64,000 nt of DNA from Chrysomallon squamiferum (taxonomy: Eukaryota > Animalia > Mollusca). Location: NCBI GenBank assembly GCA_012295275.1, contig CM022672.1, positions 29,326,001 to 29,390,000 of the forward strand, given 5' to 3'. Shown here piece after piece: positions 13,725-29,468 of this stretch. Numbering within the stretch: the first letter of the stretch is position 1; every line of letters begins with the position of its first letter. Below the pieces are notes generated by a model. The model saw only the letters and a program-made list of their open reading frames with translations. It was not told where the DNA came from and made no database searches. A program made the translations under genes and the position numbers.

Positions 13725-14179
13725 AACACACACATATATACATACATATGCACACACAGACACACACATACACACACACATACACAAATAATATCACTTA
13801 CAGACAATATCTAAGATCATCACCGCGCTGTAACATTATGAAAATATTCTCATTTCCTCTGTAGACAGGAAAGCGATCACACAAGCTCGCTGTTACATAA
13901 TGTTTTTCAAAGAATTTTCTTTTGGCTCGTAAAGAGAAATGTAATGAGAGGATGAGAAAACATGGTTCACTCTAATGTTTCTGTTTAGGCTGGCGGAACT
14001 GATCACTGAGCGGTTCAGACAACAATAAACTAGAAAGTTCAGACGAATCACTAATGTCTGCACATGTCATGAGTCATATAATAACTGTCTTGTCTTGTCT
14101 TGTTCAGACAGGAACAGATATAGTTAAGATATATATCTATGCGTGTATGTATGTATGTATGTATACCTGTGTATGTGTG

Positions 14180-14210
<31 letters not shown>

Positions 14211-15086
14211 ATGTTTGTGGGTCGTTATCAAACACATCAACATTCTGAACTAAACAGAGAAGAGTAACCAATAAACGAAAAATAAAAAATAAAAATATAA
14301 TAATAATAATGATAACAACAACGATGATGATGATGATATGTATATTAATAAACACTGATAGTGATTCCCACGCTGTGGGGAGGTGTCTGCACTTTGACGT
14401 TCTACGAGGGGATGTAAAGTAATTATATTTATAAATGTTTATAAGTTCACTACATAATTCACAGATACAAATTATTCGAACGAGAACGCTGAAAAAAATA
14501 GTTTAAGAATTTTATAATTAAAGAGAGGGAAAGATTAATAAATAATAATAATAATAATAAAAAATAATAAATAAATAAAATGAAATAAAATGAATGACTA
14601 AATAAATAGATAAAATAAATAAATAAATAAATAAATTAAAAAAATGGAAAGAAGAAAAGGAAATTTTTTTTTTTTTTTTAAAAAAAAAGGCCACTTCATT
14701 CACTGATATGACAAAGAGAAAAAGCCAAGGAAAGATGACAAAATCTGCCGAGGAATAACAAATACCATAGTCCTGTCTTGTAAAGTGAAAAGTGAAATTA
14801 GAAAACGAAATCAAGAATGTATCTAAATTCAAAAGTATCATGATATTGTAATATCGTGAATCATGTCATCCTGTTCTCTCTTGTGAAATAAAACCATAAA
14901 TAATCAAACATCTTTACACACACGATGTTACAGTGCATCATCTGCTTCGCTTTTAGAGAGGACAGAAAAATTTTAACTTTTCAAATTACAACAACATTTA
15001 CACAGCGTCAACAGTAATAGGCTAATCTAAAATATCGTCCTATGTTATGAATCATGTTATCGGTATTTTGGTGGTTTTTTTTATTG

Positions 15087-15121
<35 letters not shown>

Positions 15122-17139
15122 TTATTATTATTATTATTTTGTATTTTTTGTTTTGTTCTGCTTTGTTTTAGTTTTGTTTTGTCGTATTTTCTAGAGCTAC
15201 AAGAAAACTTTTAATTACATGAAATCCCCAAACACTAGATTAAAATAGCGTCTTTTATGCAGAAAGTTTTTAGAACATTATTTAATTACTGAATCTAAAA
15301 ATACGTCACACTGTAATATTATAAACCACGAGAACAATATGTAATTATCTGAATCATAAACCAAAATCCGTTTTGTCTTAAAAAAGAAACGTAAACTGAT
15401 AAATTAATTTTCTTCTGTAGCTAACAGCAAACTCTGAAAAACGGCACGACTTTAAAGCAAAGTCTTACATTACCATAAATATCATATTTTGTTAACAATA
15501 CAGTTTTGTTGTAATGCTGAAAATACATATTGTTGTTGTTTTCTTTTGTTTGTTTTGTTTGGTGTTTTTTTTTAGCTAGTGACGTCATCCCGCACACGGC
15601 AGTTCGATTTGCTATAAAGTTTCTCGTAGTTCGTGTCAAAACCGTAGATGTCAGTCTGACACGTGTATTAAGACGTCACGACTCAGCTGTGAACGGGTAA
15701 AGTGGTTAGTGTTATGTTACTGTCATACTTTGTTATCAGAAATGACACGGCGTCCTAAACAACAAACTGATGACATGTAAATAAAAAAAATAAAAAAATA
15801 AAAAATTATTTATTAGATGATTTGTTCGTGTTGTCACGATAAATTTAATATTCTATAAACTGTATCATAATAAATGTTTAAGCTTGCACAACAAAACACC
15901 TAAGTTATCTAACCACAAACCATTTCGGATTGATACGAAAAAGATGGCCAAACTGCATAATATTAATGACATAGCGAATTTGTCCTGTTCTAAGAAGACC
16001 AGGCCTGCTACTTATTTATTAGAATTTTATAATTAACATCGTCATTTAAATCATAAAGTCATGAATTAATGAACTTCCCCTATTCCGACAAGATCCGAAA
16101 ATAACAGTACTGAATAAAACGATTTGACACCAACGAACTAATTTAGGTCACTCGTGAGTGCAAACATCATCGATCAGTGTTACGATCTATTGCTCTGACT
16201 GGAAAATTTTGTTTTAAAATGACAACAATAAATATATAAATAAAAGTGAAAGAAAAAAAGCATTTATTTTTTTTTAATTTCTTTTTTTTATTATTATTAT
16301 TATTATTTTTCTTAATCTTCTCTGAAACATTTAGCAGAAAATTAATGCATATTATATATATATCTGAAATAACATTTATACTCCTAGGTCCCTTTAAACA
16401 AAATAAATTTGCTGATTTGATTTCTTACGTGTTAACAAATGTTTACACACACATCCACACACACACACTCACACACACTCACACGCACACACACGCAGAC
16501 ACATGCACACACACACTCATACGCACACACACGCAGACACATACACACACACAGAATGAGAACTGGTACAGGTTGTTCGAGGTGTATGAGTTCACCTGTA
16601 TCTATCTAACTAATAGCATGTGCTCTGACGTAGAAATCCTATTTATATTTAAGCATGGAATTTTATTTATCTTTTCTTTTTCTATCAAAACACTGGATAA
16701 ATGACAGGTTTTCAGGCACACACAACACGAGAACACTAAGACTAGTCCCCTCTTTACCAAACACTACCACTCGTTCTATTAGAACAACTACTACTACGTC
16801 CATTAATTCTACTTTTGCTACTACAGTACCGACTACTACTACTTTTACCTTTTTTCTTCCACTACTGCTACTACTACCTTTTAATCTTTCACGATTACTA
16901 TTGCCTGTTATTACTACTCGTATTACTTCTGCAACTACTACTACTTCTAGTACTACAACTATTACTACTACTACCATTACTACTAGTTCTACATAAACCG
17001 GTCTACCGCCATTACTGCAGTGTTTACAATGCTGCTAATACCACCGTTGTTGTTGCCGCTGCTACTACTATAGCTTCTTCTATTACTATTACTGGTATTA
17101 CTATTACTAATACTGATAATGAGACACAGACAGACAGAC

Positions 17140-17218
<79 letters not shown>

Positions 17219-17581
17219 AAGAAGAAGAAAGATAACATTGGAAAGATGTTTTTCTTTGTCTCGCTCGAGAATAAAAACTAAGATATAATTTGTATTGGCC
17301 TAATAGATTTTGTCACGATATGTAAGACATAAAGAACATTTAAACAGCACGTGTTTTTGTTTTTAACATGTTTACGTAACTGTCTGTCTGCCTGCCAAAT
17401 AAATTAACTCGTAATTTCACCTCGAGAAAGATGAAACGTATGTAGATAGCTTTAAATTATCCCGTGTCTTTCTGAGCTTTTAAAATCAGAAATACAAATG
17501 AAACGAAACGAAGAAAAAGGGAGCAAAAAGCCCACCCTAATTCATACAGTACAAACAAAACAAATCGATAAGACATCGTAA

Positions 17582-17632
<51 letters not shown>

Positions 17633-18303
17633 ATATGGCAAATTAGTAGATTGCTTGTTTCTTCTTATTTACTTTATTATCATGAGTATGCAACTGAATC
17701 TATGTTAATTAATTTATTTATTTATAAAATATTCATCATCATCGTCATCATCATCATAACACTTATTTATTGTTGTGTTCCTGTTCTCGTAGTTGCTTCT
17801 CTTATTATTATCAGTAAATTCACCTGAAGTATAATTTTATGCAGCATATTACCTAACAGCCCAACAACAAACACAACAAAAGAAAGAAAAAAACAAAGAA
17901 AACTGAATCCATATCTTATCTGAAAACATGAGATTTGAATATTTATTACGGAAATCTGTACATCACGCATTTTAAAAACACAGTTAAAAAAAATGTTCAA
18001 CTTCGTAACAACAGAGTATATCATTGTTTGCAGTTTTTGTAGATCATTTTTCTTCTCCCCGTCTTTTTTCTTTTCGTTTTCTTGCACCCCCCCCCATCTT
18101 TTTATATTTCATGAAATTACCAGCTTTTGTGTATATTTTTGGTTTAAAAGTTTATTATTAGCAAATAAAATTGTCAGAGGAAGCATAAACAGTTTAAATT
18201 TAGCGTATTATGTTTCGTTCACAGCACTACACTGCTTTTAATAACAAAAAAATACAAACAAACAAATAAAAAACAACACATTAAACATAATAATAATAAT
18301 AAT

Positions 18304-18338
<35 letters not shown>

Positions 18339-18475
18339 ATAGAAGATGATAATGATGAAGATGAAGAAAAATAAAATTAACAAGAAAACAACAACCACAA
18401 ATGGATAACTAATTAAATAAATAAATATCAGCCTCATTTTTGTCTTAATATAACCTAAATGTTGTTATTCATTTT

Positions 18476-18527
<52 letters not shown>

Positions 18528-19341
18528 AACACAAAGAGAAACAGACTGACACACACACAAGCAAACATGCACAGACACACAAAGAAAAACCACAAACAGA
18601 AAAACATATATAAAAAACTACTAAAAACCTCCTAAAAAGAAAGAAAGAAAAACAGTTCCTTAATTGGCTAATATTCTATTTATACGTTTTATTGTTACAC
18701 ACAAACATTGTCAGCAGCGGAAATTGATTTGATGAAAGCAACCTTGGGCGACGAAGACAGGAAATTAAGGTTGTGAACAGAATAAACTCTGAACAAATAA
18801 CGGATTCGGCTATAACCGTGTAACAGCGCTTATTATAGGCAGCACAAATGTTTTTTCGTTTATATGCGTGGGCAGTCAACGCTGACGTAAACTTATAAAT
18901 ACACCTTACACAACAAAGCTGGCAGATGTTTCTATATTTATATGATGTTGTTTTAATAACAGCACAAATATAACTTTGCTATAGTGGCTCGGCTATTAAT
19001 TTATCTAAAAGTTTTATATTCGTGTATGTTCGTGAGAGAGGTCACGATGTTTGTACAAGATAACTCAGAGAATAAAACTGGCTGTTCGGAGAGTAACAGG
19101 ATCTGTCTTCATCGGAGCGCACACTCCGTAACCTTCTTTTCGTTTTCTCTCCTTCTTTCTTTCAGTTTGAGAGAAGAACACAAAATAAACCTGGATGTTT
19201 CGCCTAGAGTGATGTAAACTTTATACCAGTGTGTGCTCTACCACTCTTGTAAAAGCCGTTTCTGTTTTGGTTTCTTTCCATTGTTCGGTTGTTTCTCTGT
19301 TCACATTTCTCTATCTGTAATCTGACTCTGCCCTCCACCCA

Positions 19342-19411
<70 letters not shown>

Positions 19412-20311
19412 ACACACAAATCTTCTTTTTTCTTCTTCTTTTTTTTTCTTTTTGTTAACAAGACGAAGACATAATTAGCGCTTGTCGCAAAGTGACATTC
19501 AAATCGATTGTAATTACGAATGTATGAGGTTTAGTCGTGTTTGAATCGGTAATAACCGCCGCTACCATCTTAGAAACAAATCGAACAAATATTCATTCTG
19601 CGATTTACATCAGCCAGCAGGTCAAACCTATTACAACAGTCGTCAGAATTACAACAGCGCTATTTATACGTCTCGGATAGGTCATTTTCCTTAGCAACCA
19701 CTGGTGGGTGCATGGATACAGTGAAAGGGAGACAGCTTACAAGTGCATGAAAATCGCAACTTTTGAAGTGTAAAATTAATTAGATGAAGAAAGTGTATGG
19801 AAACTTACAAACTAGTAATATTTATTTTATTTTACTTTATTTCATTTAATTTATTATTTATTTTATTTTATTTATTTTATTGTAATTATTTCTTTTTCTT
19901 TTTATTAATAACAGAGTACAACAACGAAAGAGTACAATTAAAACATACCGCCATTTTTCTTCAGACGAGACATATCCGCGAATCAGTTTACTTTAATTTT
20001 TTTTTTTCCTAGTCACGTCAGAAAAGAAGCACAACTATTAGTTCTGCCTATGCCGATGACGTCTCCGCTGCAGTTGTAAAATTGTAAAAGGCGGTATTGA
20101 AATATTTTATTGTCAAACTTTGTAATTAACGATAACAAGTACATCAAATAAAGTAATAACTTGAATGTATAAAGAAACTTATTAAATCATTGTATTCGTA
20201 CTTGGACCAGTACACTTTATAATTAAAAAAAATTTAAAATAAAATTTAAAAAATTAAAATATATTAGCTTAATATTGTTATTGAAGTGTTTAAGCAGGTT
20301 ATAATATGGTA

Positions 20312-20616
20312 GAGGTACCGGGTCAATTATCCGGCATCCTGAAATCCGGAAATACCATAAACCGGAAGTTTTTTCGCGCGCGCTGATGTTGTCCTCACCA
20401 GACCGGAACTACTCTTTCAAGCCGCATGGCGTTCATTCACTCGCCGCATTGTTTACGCGTCGAGTCGCCACAGTTGTGTATCGTCAATTTTCTTTCTGTT
20501 AATTTTAAAATGTTTATGCCAAATTACTTACGTATTTAGATTTGCTGGTACCAGAAAATCCAGAAATCTGGAATGCCTCAGGCCCCAAGGAGTCCGGATA
20601 ATTGGTCCGACACCGG
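20312..20616. mobile_element. Non-autonomous MITE of about 305 bp, Tc1/mariner-pogo-like
   Basis: Imperfect TIRs of about 21 bp: ggtaccgggtcaattatccgg (20314-20334) against ccggataattggtccgacacc (20594-20614). Internal aatccggaa-like repeats, a GC-rich interior, and TA at the left flank. Confidence 0.65.
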
Positions 20617-23600
20617 TGTTTATTAGAGTATTTGTCTTCGTTTGGCTAATGTGTGGACTTTTATACGTATGAGTTTGGTGTTATTAATAGCATTAAATAA
20701 ATTGTGCTGTAGTTTTAGGACCAATAAGAACTAATATTTAAAAGACATTGTTATCATACAATGTATATTTATACATAAATCTTCAGTTTTAAAACATGAA
20801 ATTTCCATCTTGCAAACATTTGTTATTTTTCTTTCTTTAAAGAATACTCATGTATCAAATACCTTTGAATGTGTCGTGCTGTCTATGGAAAATTACTTCA
20901 CTTATTGCTAACTTATTTTATGGAGTTTTCCAATCTGGTTTCTTCATTCATAAAACTGCTACTAAAATTTAATGAAACCTCAATTTGTTTGAATTAACCA
21001 TTTTATTTAGAATTAAAATGAACGTATGGTGCGTCATACGAAGAAATAGTCTAAATATATTTTGCATACCGGTATTTCCGTGTTATACGTTATTTAATTT
21101 TTATTTTAATTCTGGTCCTTTTTAATTATATATATAGTTCGTCCAGTCTAAATTAATAATAACAAAAGTAGTGGCAAACTACTAGGTCATAGGGCGATCA
21201 GTCTGTTCTAAAGTTTCTGAAAGATCTGACATTACAAACGCTCTTGTCAGTCATACACTATGAGACCACGACTCTAGTTATGAAATCATAAAATAGCGTT
21301 CAAATGTTTCATTAGAATACGATTTTGTTGTCATATTTTGTCGTGAGTGATGACAGATCGCCTAAAACAACACAGTTAAAACATGGATGTACAAAAAATT
21401 TCACCAAACTATTTATTAATGTTAAAACGAGTTAAGGAGACATGAATGAAACTTCATCTATCTACTGACTGCTAAAAAGATAGAGACATCCCGACCCCTC
21501 CCACCCTAGCACCTTCTCCAACAGCATCACACCTACTAACCTTCAGTTATTCTTCAGAACATCATACTGCTGTCTTTTTCAGGATGCCAAGTTTTCATTT
21601 CCACATCGTAAGCGTCTGTCTGCACGTAAATGCAGAGTGCCTGTTTAAGTTGCATCTTTACAGTGGGATCAAGTTTCATGGCTAGAAGCTATAAACCATA
21701 TTCATGTTTCACAATAATTTATCTTCTTCGCTAATAAACGAAAATGTTGTAGCTGAGTGGTTAGAATGCATGAACATTTAGTGTGCATCATGGCTTCATA
21801 GTCGTGTGTGTTTTCTGTTGGTGTTTTTTTCGCTCTGGTCTATGCTTGTTTTATAAATGTTTGTCCTATGTGGTTACTGTACATTAGAAACTGACTGTGG
21901 AGATTTTAGGCCTAGAACTGAAAAGGGTGGACTCTAATGTGCTACGTTTCAGGCAGTTTCTTGGCTAATAAATAAATACAGACATTTTCACTGCATAAAT
22001 AAATAAACAAGCAAATAAATACACAAATACATAAACGAATGAATGAATGAATGAGTGAATGAATGAATGAATAATAAAACATGCTGAGCAAGCTATAATA
22101 TTAATTCATTCGCTCATTCTCTAAGCAACAAGGTGTTTAAAAGATATTTGAAAAGAGAAAACAAATTGAAATCAAGATTTACAGAACTGTTGAACAACGA
22201 TCTACAGACGTACGGGGTTTCTTTTAGCCATTTGTTTTGTTATCAGCGAACAAAACGACAAATTGGAATTGCTATTTTATTTCGTGGTTGATGTGTCTAA
22301 ATTAAGGTTATCGCTTTTCTCTCACGTCGTACGCACGAAAGAAGGAACTAGGTTAAAAAAGAAAAAGAAAAAAGAAAGAAAACAGAACGACAGAAAATAA
22401 ACAAATACCACACAGAAACGTAAAATCACTCAGCTCGCATTAAAAACACACACAGACACATAACAGAACATGCTTTTACACACACACACACACGCACACG
22501 AACGCACACATATATATAAAACAAATAAACGGGGAAAAAAGAAAAGAAAGAAAGAAGGCAAGGAAAACACAACATCCTATGCACATACATCACCCATATA
22601 CAATACACAGCATGCAGTACAGAAATGCAACATGCATGCAAAACTTACATTCAACACCCAACATGCAACACATACATGCTTGTATAAACATGCAACACAC
22701 GTGCATAACAAAACATTTAAAACGTTAAAACAGATAATTAACCATAGCTAAGAAAAGTTAAATTATATAAGTATCATATATACGTAAATAGCTATATATA
22801 AAATGTTAATGACCTGTCAAAATACTTAACTAATTTAAGTTTACTTTCGGGGATACAGTCATGGAGCTTCTGAGATCCAGTCATAAGACCACACACGCAC
22901 GCACACAAACCTATATACTGTTAATGTCCTGTCACAGTACGTACAAACCTACATGCATGTATATAGCTGTTAATTTTCTGTCAAAACCCACACGTAGATC
23001 CTTCATATACACATATAACTTATTAATTTTCTACCACAGTACATACGTTCATTCTAAATATCATTTATATATATATATATATGAAAATTGTTAATTATCT
23101 GTCAGTCACGTAGAGTTCTGTAGAAATCAACGAGTAAAATAAGAAATCAATCTTCACTGATTAGTCCGTATTTCTAGACAGTGATGAGTTTACCTAATGT
23201 CGTGATAGCAGCGTCATATTATCAACAGCAACAAGAGCAAGAACATTAACAGTAGTAGTAGTAGTAGTAGTTGTAGTAGTAGCAGAAGCATCATCAGTAG
23301 TAGTAGTGTAGTAGTAATAGTAGAAGTAGAAGTAATAGTAGTAGCAGCAGTTTAAATATATAATTTTCTTAATGATCCTTGTATGTCGCAAACTTTATAA
23401 AAGAACCCTTGCAATTATAAGGCTACCTTTATTATAGATGTTCTCAAATTACCATTAGACTGTATCTAATAACTGATACATTCTGTCAATAAATAAATAA
23501 ATAAATAATATCACACTGATTCTTGCATGTATATGTATATACATCCTTAAATAATGTATATGTATAAAATAACAGCCTTTAGTTATGTTAGCTATCATTA

Positions 23601-23689
23601 CAAAATTAAACTCTACATAATAAACAATATCTTCTGTCAGTGAATAAATATTAATAAATAAAAAATTGATTATTAATTGTTGTATGTGG

Positions 23690-23815
23690 TAAAATCCCTC
23701 GCAATTAAAAGAATAGCTTCTGCTGCGGTTGTAATCCTCTCGAACCATCATTACAAAAAATCCCTTGTATAATAACCGTCGCTAGCAAACTGTTGACGCA
23801 TCGTTAAATAAACAC
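23690..23815 (+). mobile_element. 3' part of a MetaSINE-like SINE
   Basis: Ends ataaccgt...tgttgacgcatcgttaaataaaca, resembling the 3' tail of mollusc MetaSINEs (from memory). Confidence 0.4.
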
Positions 23816-24329
23816 TGACTGATTCATTGTGTTAAACCCAGAACCCAGTTACTCTGATTTAGCGAAGAAAGCTTTGAGAACGCTGAGAAAGACAAATATT
23901 TGCTTTTCTCTCCAACTGTGATCGCTTCATTCTCGACGCAGCTCGAGATACAATTAATCCACGTCATCGAGCGGTCACGAATCCCCACGTCCGCTGTGGC
24001 GAAAACAACATCTTTGTTATTCTTATTACAAGCATAACCCAGAGATTAATAGCAAGAGAATAGAGAAGAAAGAAAGCAATTTATATGCATACAAAAAAAA
24101 AAATAATATAAAACAATGAGGGTTATTTCTTTGTTACGTCAATGAAGATAAAGGTCATCGACTATTGTATTCTTCTTGTTCAGTGAGAACATCGACTATA
24201 GAACTTCTCTGTTGTCTGTTAGCCCACTGATACTATAGACAATGTGTTTCTCTATATATTTAATCTGAACATACATCCTAGATCATTACACTTAAATATA
24301 CTGTTTACTGGTGTTTGTATAGATATATA

Positions 24330-24417
24330 GATCGCTGGTCCACGTGCCAAGCAGAAACAGAAATATAACTGTCCAATGTCTGTGTGTCATGTTAGCTTGG
24401 CACGTGGACCAGCGATC
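24330..24417. repeat. Perfect 23-bp inverted repeat with a 42-nt spacer
   Basis: gatcgctggtccacgtgccaagc (24330-24352) and its exact reverse complement (24395-24417). Confidence 0.95.
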
Positions 24418-24647
24418 ACAATATTATTATGTTTCTTCTTAACTCACAAAGACTGTCGACAGTTAACCTGTGTTTCTTTATAAACCATACTGGACATGCA
24501 TGGACCACTGAATTTATATTTTTCATTTTCTTTTTTAGTTTAAAAATAACATAAATCATCAGCATCATATTGGAACACACACCGTGAATTTTTTTCATTA
24601 ACTTTGAACATGGACCATCCACGTTCATTATTTCTATTTTTATTCTT

Positions 24648-24935
24648 CTTCAGTCGTTCTCCAGTATTTCTCTCCAATTCGAAATTCACCAAAAACATTT
24701 TTACTATTAGCTACTTCAGCACATCACTTCTTCTATAGTACATGACGTCATCAGTTGATAATGTCGGAATCGGAAGCTGAAATGTTGTCTGGGAAGGATT
24801 TATTATTTCTTTTCATTTATTTATTTATTGTATAGTTTAATCCTTGCCTTGACAAACACAAATAATTATTCTACAAACATAAACGATATTATTATCACTA
24901 GCAGCATTTTATATTATTATTATTATTATTTTAAT
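24648..24935. repeat. Dispersed direct repeat, copy A (copy B at 35530-35878)
   Basis: Near-identical blocks from cttcagtcgttct through catgacgtcatcagtt to ccttgccttgacaaacacaaat and ctacaaacataaacgata. Confidence 0.9.
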
Positions 24936-25998
24936 CTTTTTATTGCAATTTTATTTTCTTATTTTTAATTTCACTTGGAATCCTGACCGTCGACCGCTGT
25001 ATTCTGATGTTTCATTTTGGTTTTCTTGAACCTTAGACCATCGACTATTATAATTATTTCCGTTTGCTGTCTGAAACATGACAGGATCTCTAACACAGTA
25101 CATAATGAATGATTTACCACAGGGCCAAAGAAATTGTTTTTGAATCACTGAAATTAGAGACTCGACAGTGAATGACACTGCAATAATTGAAAAAAAAACA
25201 CTGCTATGGATGATAAACATAAATTTTTACACTTACAACCATCCTAAAGTAACTAACTTAACCCAACCTAGCCTGTATTTTTTTTCTGTACATTTTTCTT
25301 TACATGACATTTATTTACATTGTTTTTATGTCTGTATACTGTTCTAAAGTTATTATATTACTTATTATGTAGCTGTTATATGAACTAAAGTTTAATGTCT
25401 TAGTAAATTTTAGGGTTAACGTTAACACTCAAAATGTCACGCAAGATCACGTGTTAAAACAGCAGCAATGATCTGGTAGTACCTGGATTTCGTTTTCATG
25501 TCATTATCATATACAATTCACAATTTACTTTATGACCCCTGACCGACTGGTGAAACAGTTCATATTGACAGGAAACTGTTTCTCAGCACCTGACTACAGA
25601 AAACAGAGACTCAGTGTTAAACAATCGCGTACAGAGAAGGACAGACCGTTCACCACATCACGTCTGCTTTGAGATCATGGAAACCGGAAGTACAAAAAGG
25701 AATACACCCACAATGGGATTAGATGGATTAATCTCTTATTATATCCTAATCTTTTGTCGAAATAAAAAAAAACATTTCTGAAAAGAAGACAACATAGCTT
25801 CAATATCAGTTAATCACAGACGTTTTGTTCTCATAAAACATTTTCCTTCGGTTTTCTTCTTTTTCTTTCTTTCACAAAATCTTTTCTCTGTTTTCTTTTT
25901 TATCTTTCTCTTTTATATCACAGGAAACTGATTATAATTGTCAGTGATACACAAAACAGTGTTTTATCTTATATATACACCACCCTATTGTAAGGAAA

Positions 25999-26103
<105 letters not shown>

Positions 26104-26648
26104 CTCATTTTATCTGAATATGCGCCTCTCTTACTCAGCAAAATAAGGTGTCCTTTCAGAATACGTTCATACACAAAACGTACAAATATCCATACGCACA
26201 TACAAATACACATATATATGCATGCACAAACACAACACCCAAATACGTGCATGCACGCATATTCACAGTCACACAAACACCCACACAATCAGAAACGCAC
26301 ACTCCCACGCGTACAAGACAAGCAAAAACGTAATACGATCGTAAAAGTAATTTGCGTAGATCTTTTAATAACTTGATACTGATGAGTACGCATTTAATCC
26401 GTGAATGCTAAACCGGAGTAAACAAACATAAATCAGTAACAGGTTTGTGAAAAGTTGATTTTCAAAACAATATTAATTTAATCATCAAAACAAAAACAAA
26501 AAATAAAAAAAGAGCGTGGGCTGTGCTACCCTAGATATCTCCATGCAAGCTCTCTCTCACACTATGGATTTACTTAACTTCTCTTTCAAACAGGATAAAC
26601 TTGTTGACAAGCTGTCTAGGTAAAACATGATATAGATATTTATTAATT

Positions 26649-27040
26649 ACAGTATTCATGTAATCATGAATCAAACAACTGACCGGCTCCAGGATCGACT
26701 CGTGGTAATAACGTCTGATTAAAGCTAACTGCAAATACAAATGCACTAATTAGAACATTCACTAAGAATAGAATCTTAGACTAATAACAGTGTTTAAGTG
26801 GAAATCGACGATAAAACTGAGATACTGGGATCGACTCCAGCTTGTGTCACTTCACTAGAACTAACTGTATGATACGATTATGCTACCTCTTTTCTCTTAC
26901 TAAAAATACATACACATTCTTACTTATTATAGTGTTTAAATAGATACCAGCGACAAAACTGATGGGTTCTAGGATCGCCTCCTCGTAACAACATCACACC
27001 TGTACTAACTGTGTTCTATCAGCTACAGTGTTTATGTATC
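26649..27040 (+). repeat. Degenerate tandem repeat of about 140 bp with a B-box-like motif, probably SINE-derived
   Basis: Units start at about 26649, 26787 and 26929, sharing agtRttYa...aactga...ggatcg(a/c)ctc...ctaactg. Confidence 0.55.
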
Positions 27041-27111
27041 CAAAACTTAAAAAATGTCTAAATGTATATTGCATACTTCAAGTTATGTTTTTGTTTGTTT
27101 GTTTGTAGTTT

Positions 27112-27150
<39 letters not shown>

Positions 27151-27518
27151 TGCTTTGTTTTTGTTTAAGTTTTTTTGTTATTGTTGTCTCTTTAAAATTT
27201 GGCCGTTCAATGCTGATTAATAACGACGTATGACAACAAAAAAGTTTAAAATGTTGGTAGTAGTGACGTTATCACGTATATAGGCGAACCGATACTGTTT
27301 AACGGTTTCGGTCAAAAAAAAAAAAAAAATGAAAGGAACGAAAGAAGATATCAGACGTCACTACTCCATATAGTAACTTGAAAGTACAATTAATATTTAG
27401 TTCGTGTTAAATGATACGTACAATAAATATAAATATACAACACGGTACAAAGCTGGTATCATTTTACTAACTATAGGCTGAAGCGTCACAATATTTTTGT
27501 CAAATTCCTTCTGCACAA

Positions 27519-27646
<128 letters not shown>

Positions 27647-28208
27647 GCACATACACATATGCACACCTGCGACTTTTTCATGCCACATGATAATTTATTT
27701 ATCTACTTATAAATGAGACTGATGACCTTTTACAAGAAGACGTGGAATTTCTTAATTACCTTCCTTTTAAAACTCTACGTGATTTAGGATCAGCAAATCG
27801 AAGAAAAGCGAGGTTTATGATTTATTTTGTACGTTATATTGCAGTCAACATCGATTTTACGGTTTCTCTAAAACTGACAGTGATTTAGACATTAATGCAA
27901 AACGGATTGGAACAGATGTAGCCTGATGTTTAGAGCTCTTGTTCAAGGTATATAAGGTCGCAGGTTCTCTTCTAGATGAAGTTCTAATTGGTCTATTATT
28001 CCTTACAGTCATGTATGAGTGTATGCATGTATATAAGAATGGTTAGAATCTGCACATAGACAATACGTGAACAAAGTTCCAGTCATGTGCGTGTATGAAT
28101 GTGTGTTTGACTGTGAGTAACTTTTCCATCGTGTTTATGTAGAGAAACTGAAGAAAGAGTGGTACTGAGAACTGGTAGAGGGAAATTGATTTATCTTTAA
28201 AAGCATGG

Positions 28209-28259
<51 letters not shown>

Positions 28260-29144
28260 AATATATTTATAAGCAGGTACGTATTTATGTACACGTGATG
28301 TTACATATGTCAATACTGGAGGATAAATGAATAAAAACATATTTGTTTTGTGTTTCTGTAGTAATAAACAATACTTTAATCAGTTATCACTGGTATCAAT
28401 TTTGTTCTTACTGTCAGGCTAGAAAATATAAATAATTTTAAAATTCTGTTTATTATTAATACCAATCGGTAATGCGGACGATGTAGTGAAAAGAAAACAA
28501 TGATAATGACGTTATTCAAACAGCAACAAAAACATTACGCCGAATCTATTAGTGTTTTAAGAGGTCTGTGACGTCAGGTGTTCAGAGAAAACAAAGTTAC
28601 TTAATACATCATGGATAATATTGCCGTTCTGAAATATACCTTCTTAGCATACGTTAACACGTTATATAAAACTGTACAAATCTATTATCGCTTTTCGAAC
28701 TTATGAAAACCAACCAGTTTTAGAATGTTAATACAGTTGTCGGTATAACAGGTGTGCACGCAAACAAGTTCCTTATAACGGCTGCAAGTCTAGTGAACTA
28801 TGAATATCTGTTATGGGGAAAATGCATGGCTTTTTATTATATATTACATTACATTACATTATATCATATTATATTATATTTACTTAACAAAATTTTCTGA
28901 ATTGTTCAAAGTAATAAAGTATGTGGCGCCAGACTTTTTTCTTTATGAGGAATTTTTATTATTAATACCGCTTATGTGAGCACATGGTTGCCTGTGTCAT
29001 AATGTCGAAGAGCCGGAACATTTGGTCGATTTGACAAGCGAAGCATATTTATACTATTTTATATAGCTATTAATATCAGAACTACCAATGAACAAAAAAA
29101 AAAATTAAAAAAAAAAAAAAATAAAAAAAATAAAAATAAATAAA

Positions 29145-29188
<44 letters not shown>

Positions 29189-29432
29189 ATAATAATAATA
29201 ATAATAATAATAATAGAATAAAGAAACAAAATCCAATAACAGTAAAACTTCTAATAACAAGGGGCAGACTTAAACCGCAAGATTATCAGTAAAAATAATA
29301 GAAGAAAAAAGAAAATAAAATAAAAACAATAAAAATTATAATAAACAACGAAAAAGAAAGAAAGAAAAAATACGTTTCAAGTCTTTGCATATTCATTTCA
29401 ACTGACGTCATTCTCTAAATATCACGTCAAAC

Positions 29433-29468
<36 letters not shown>

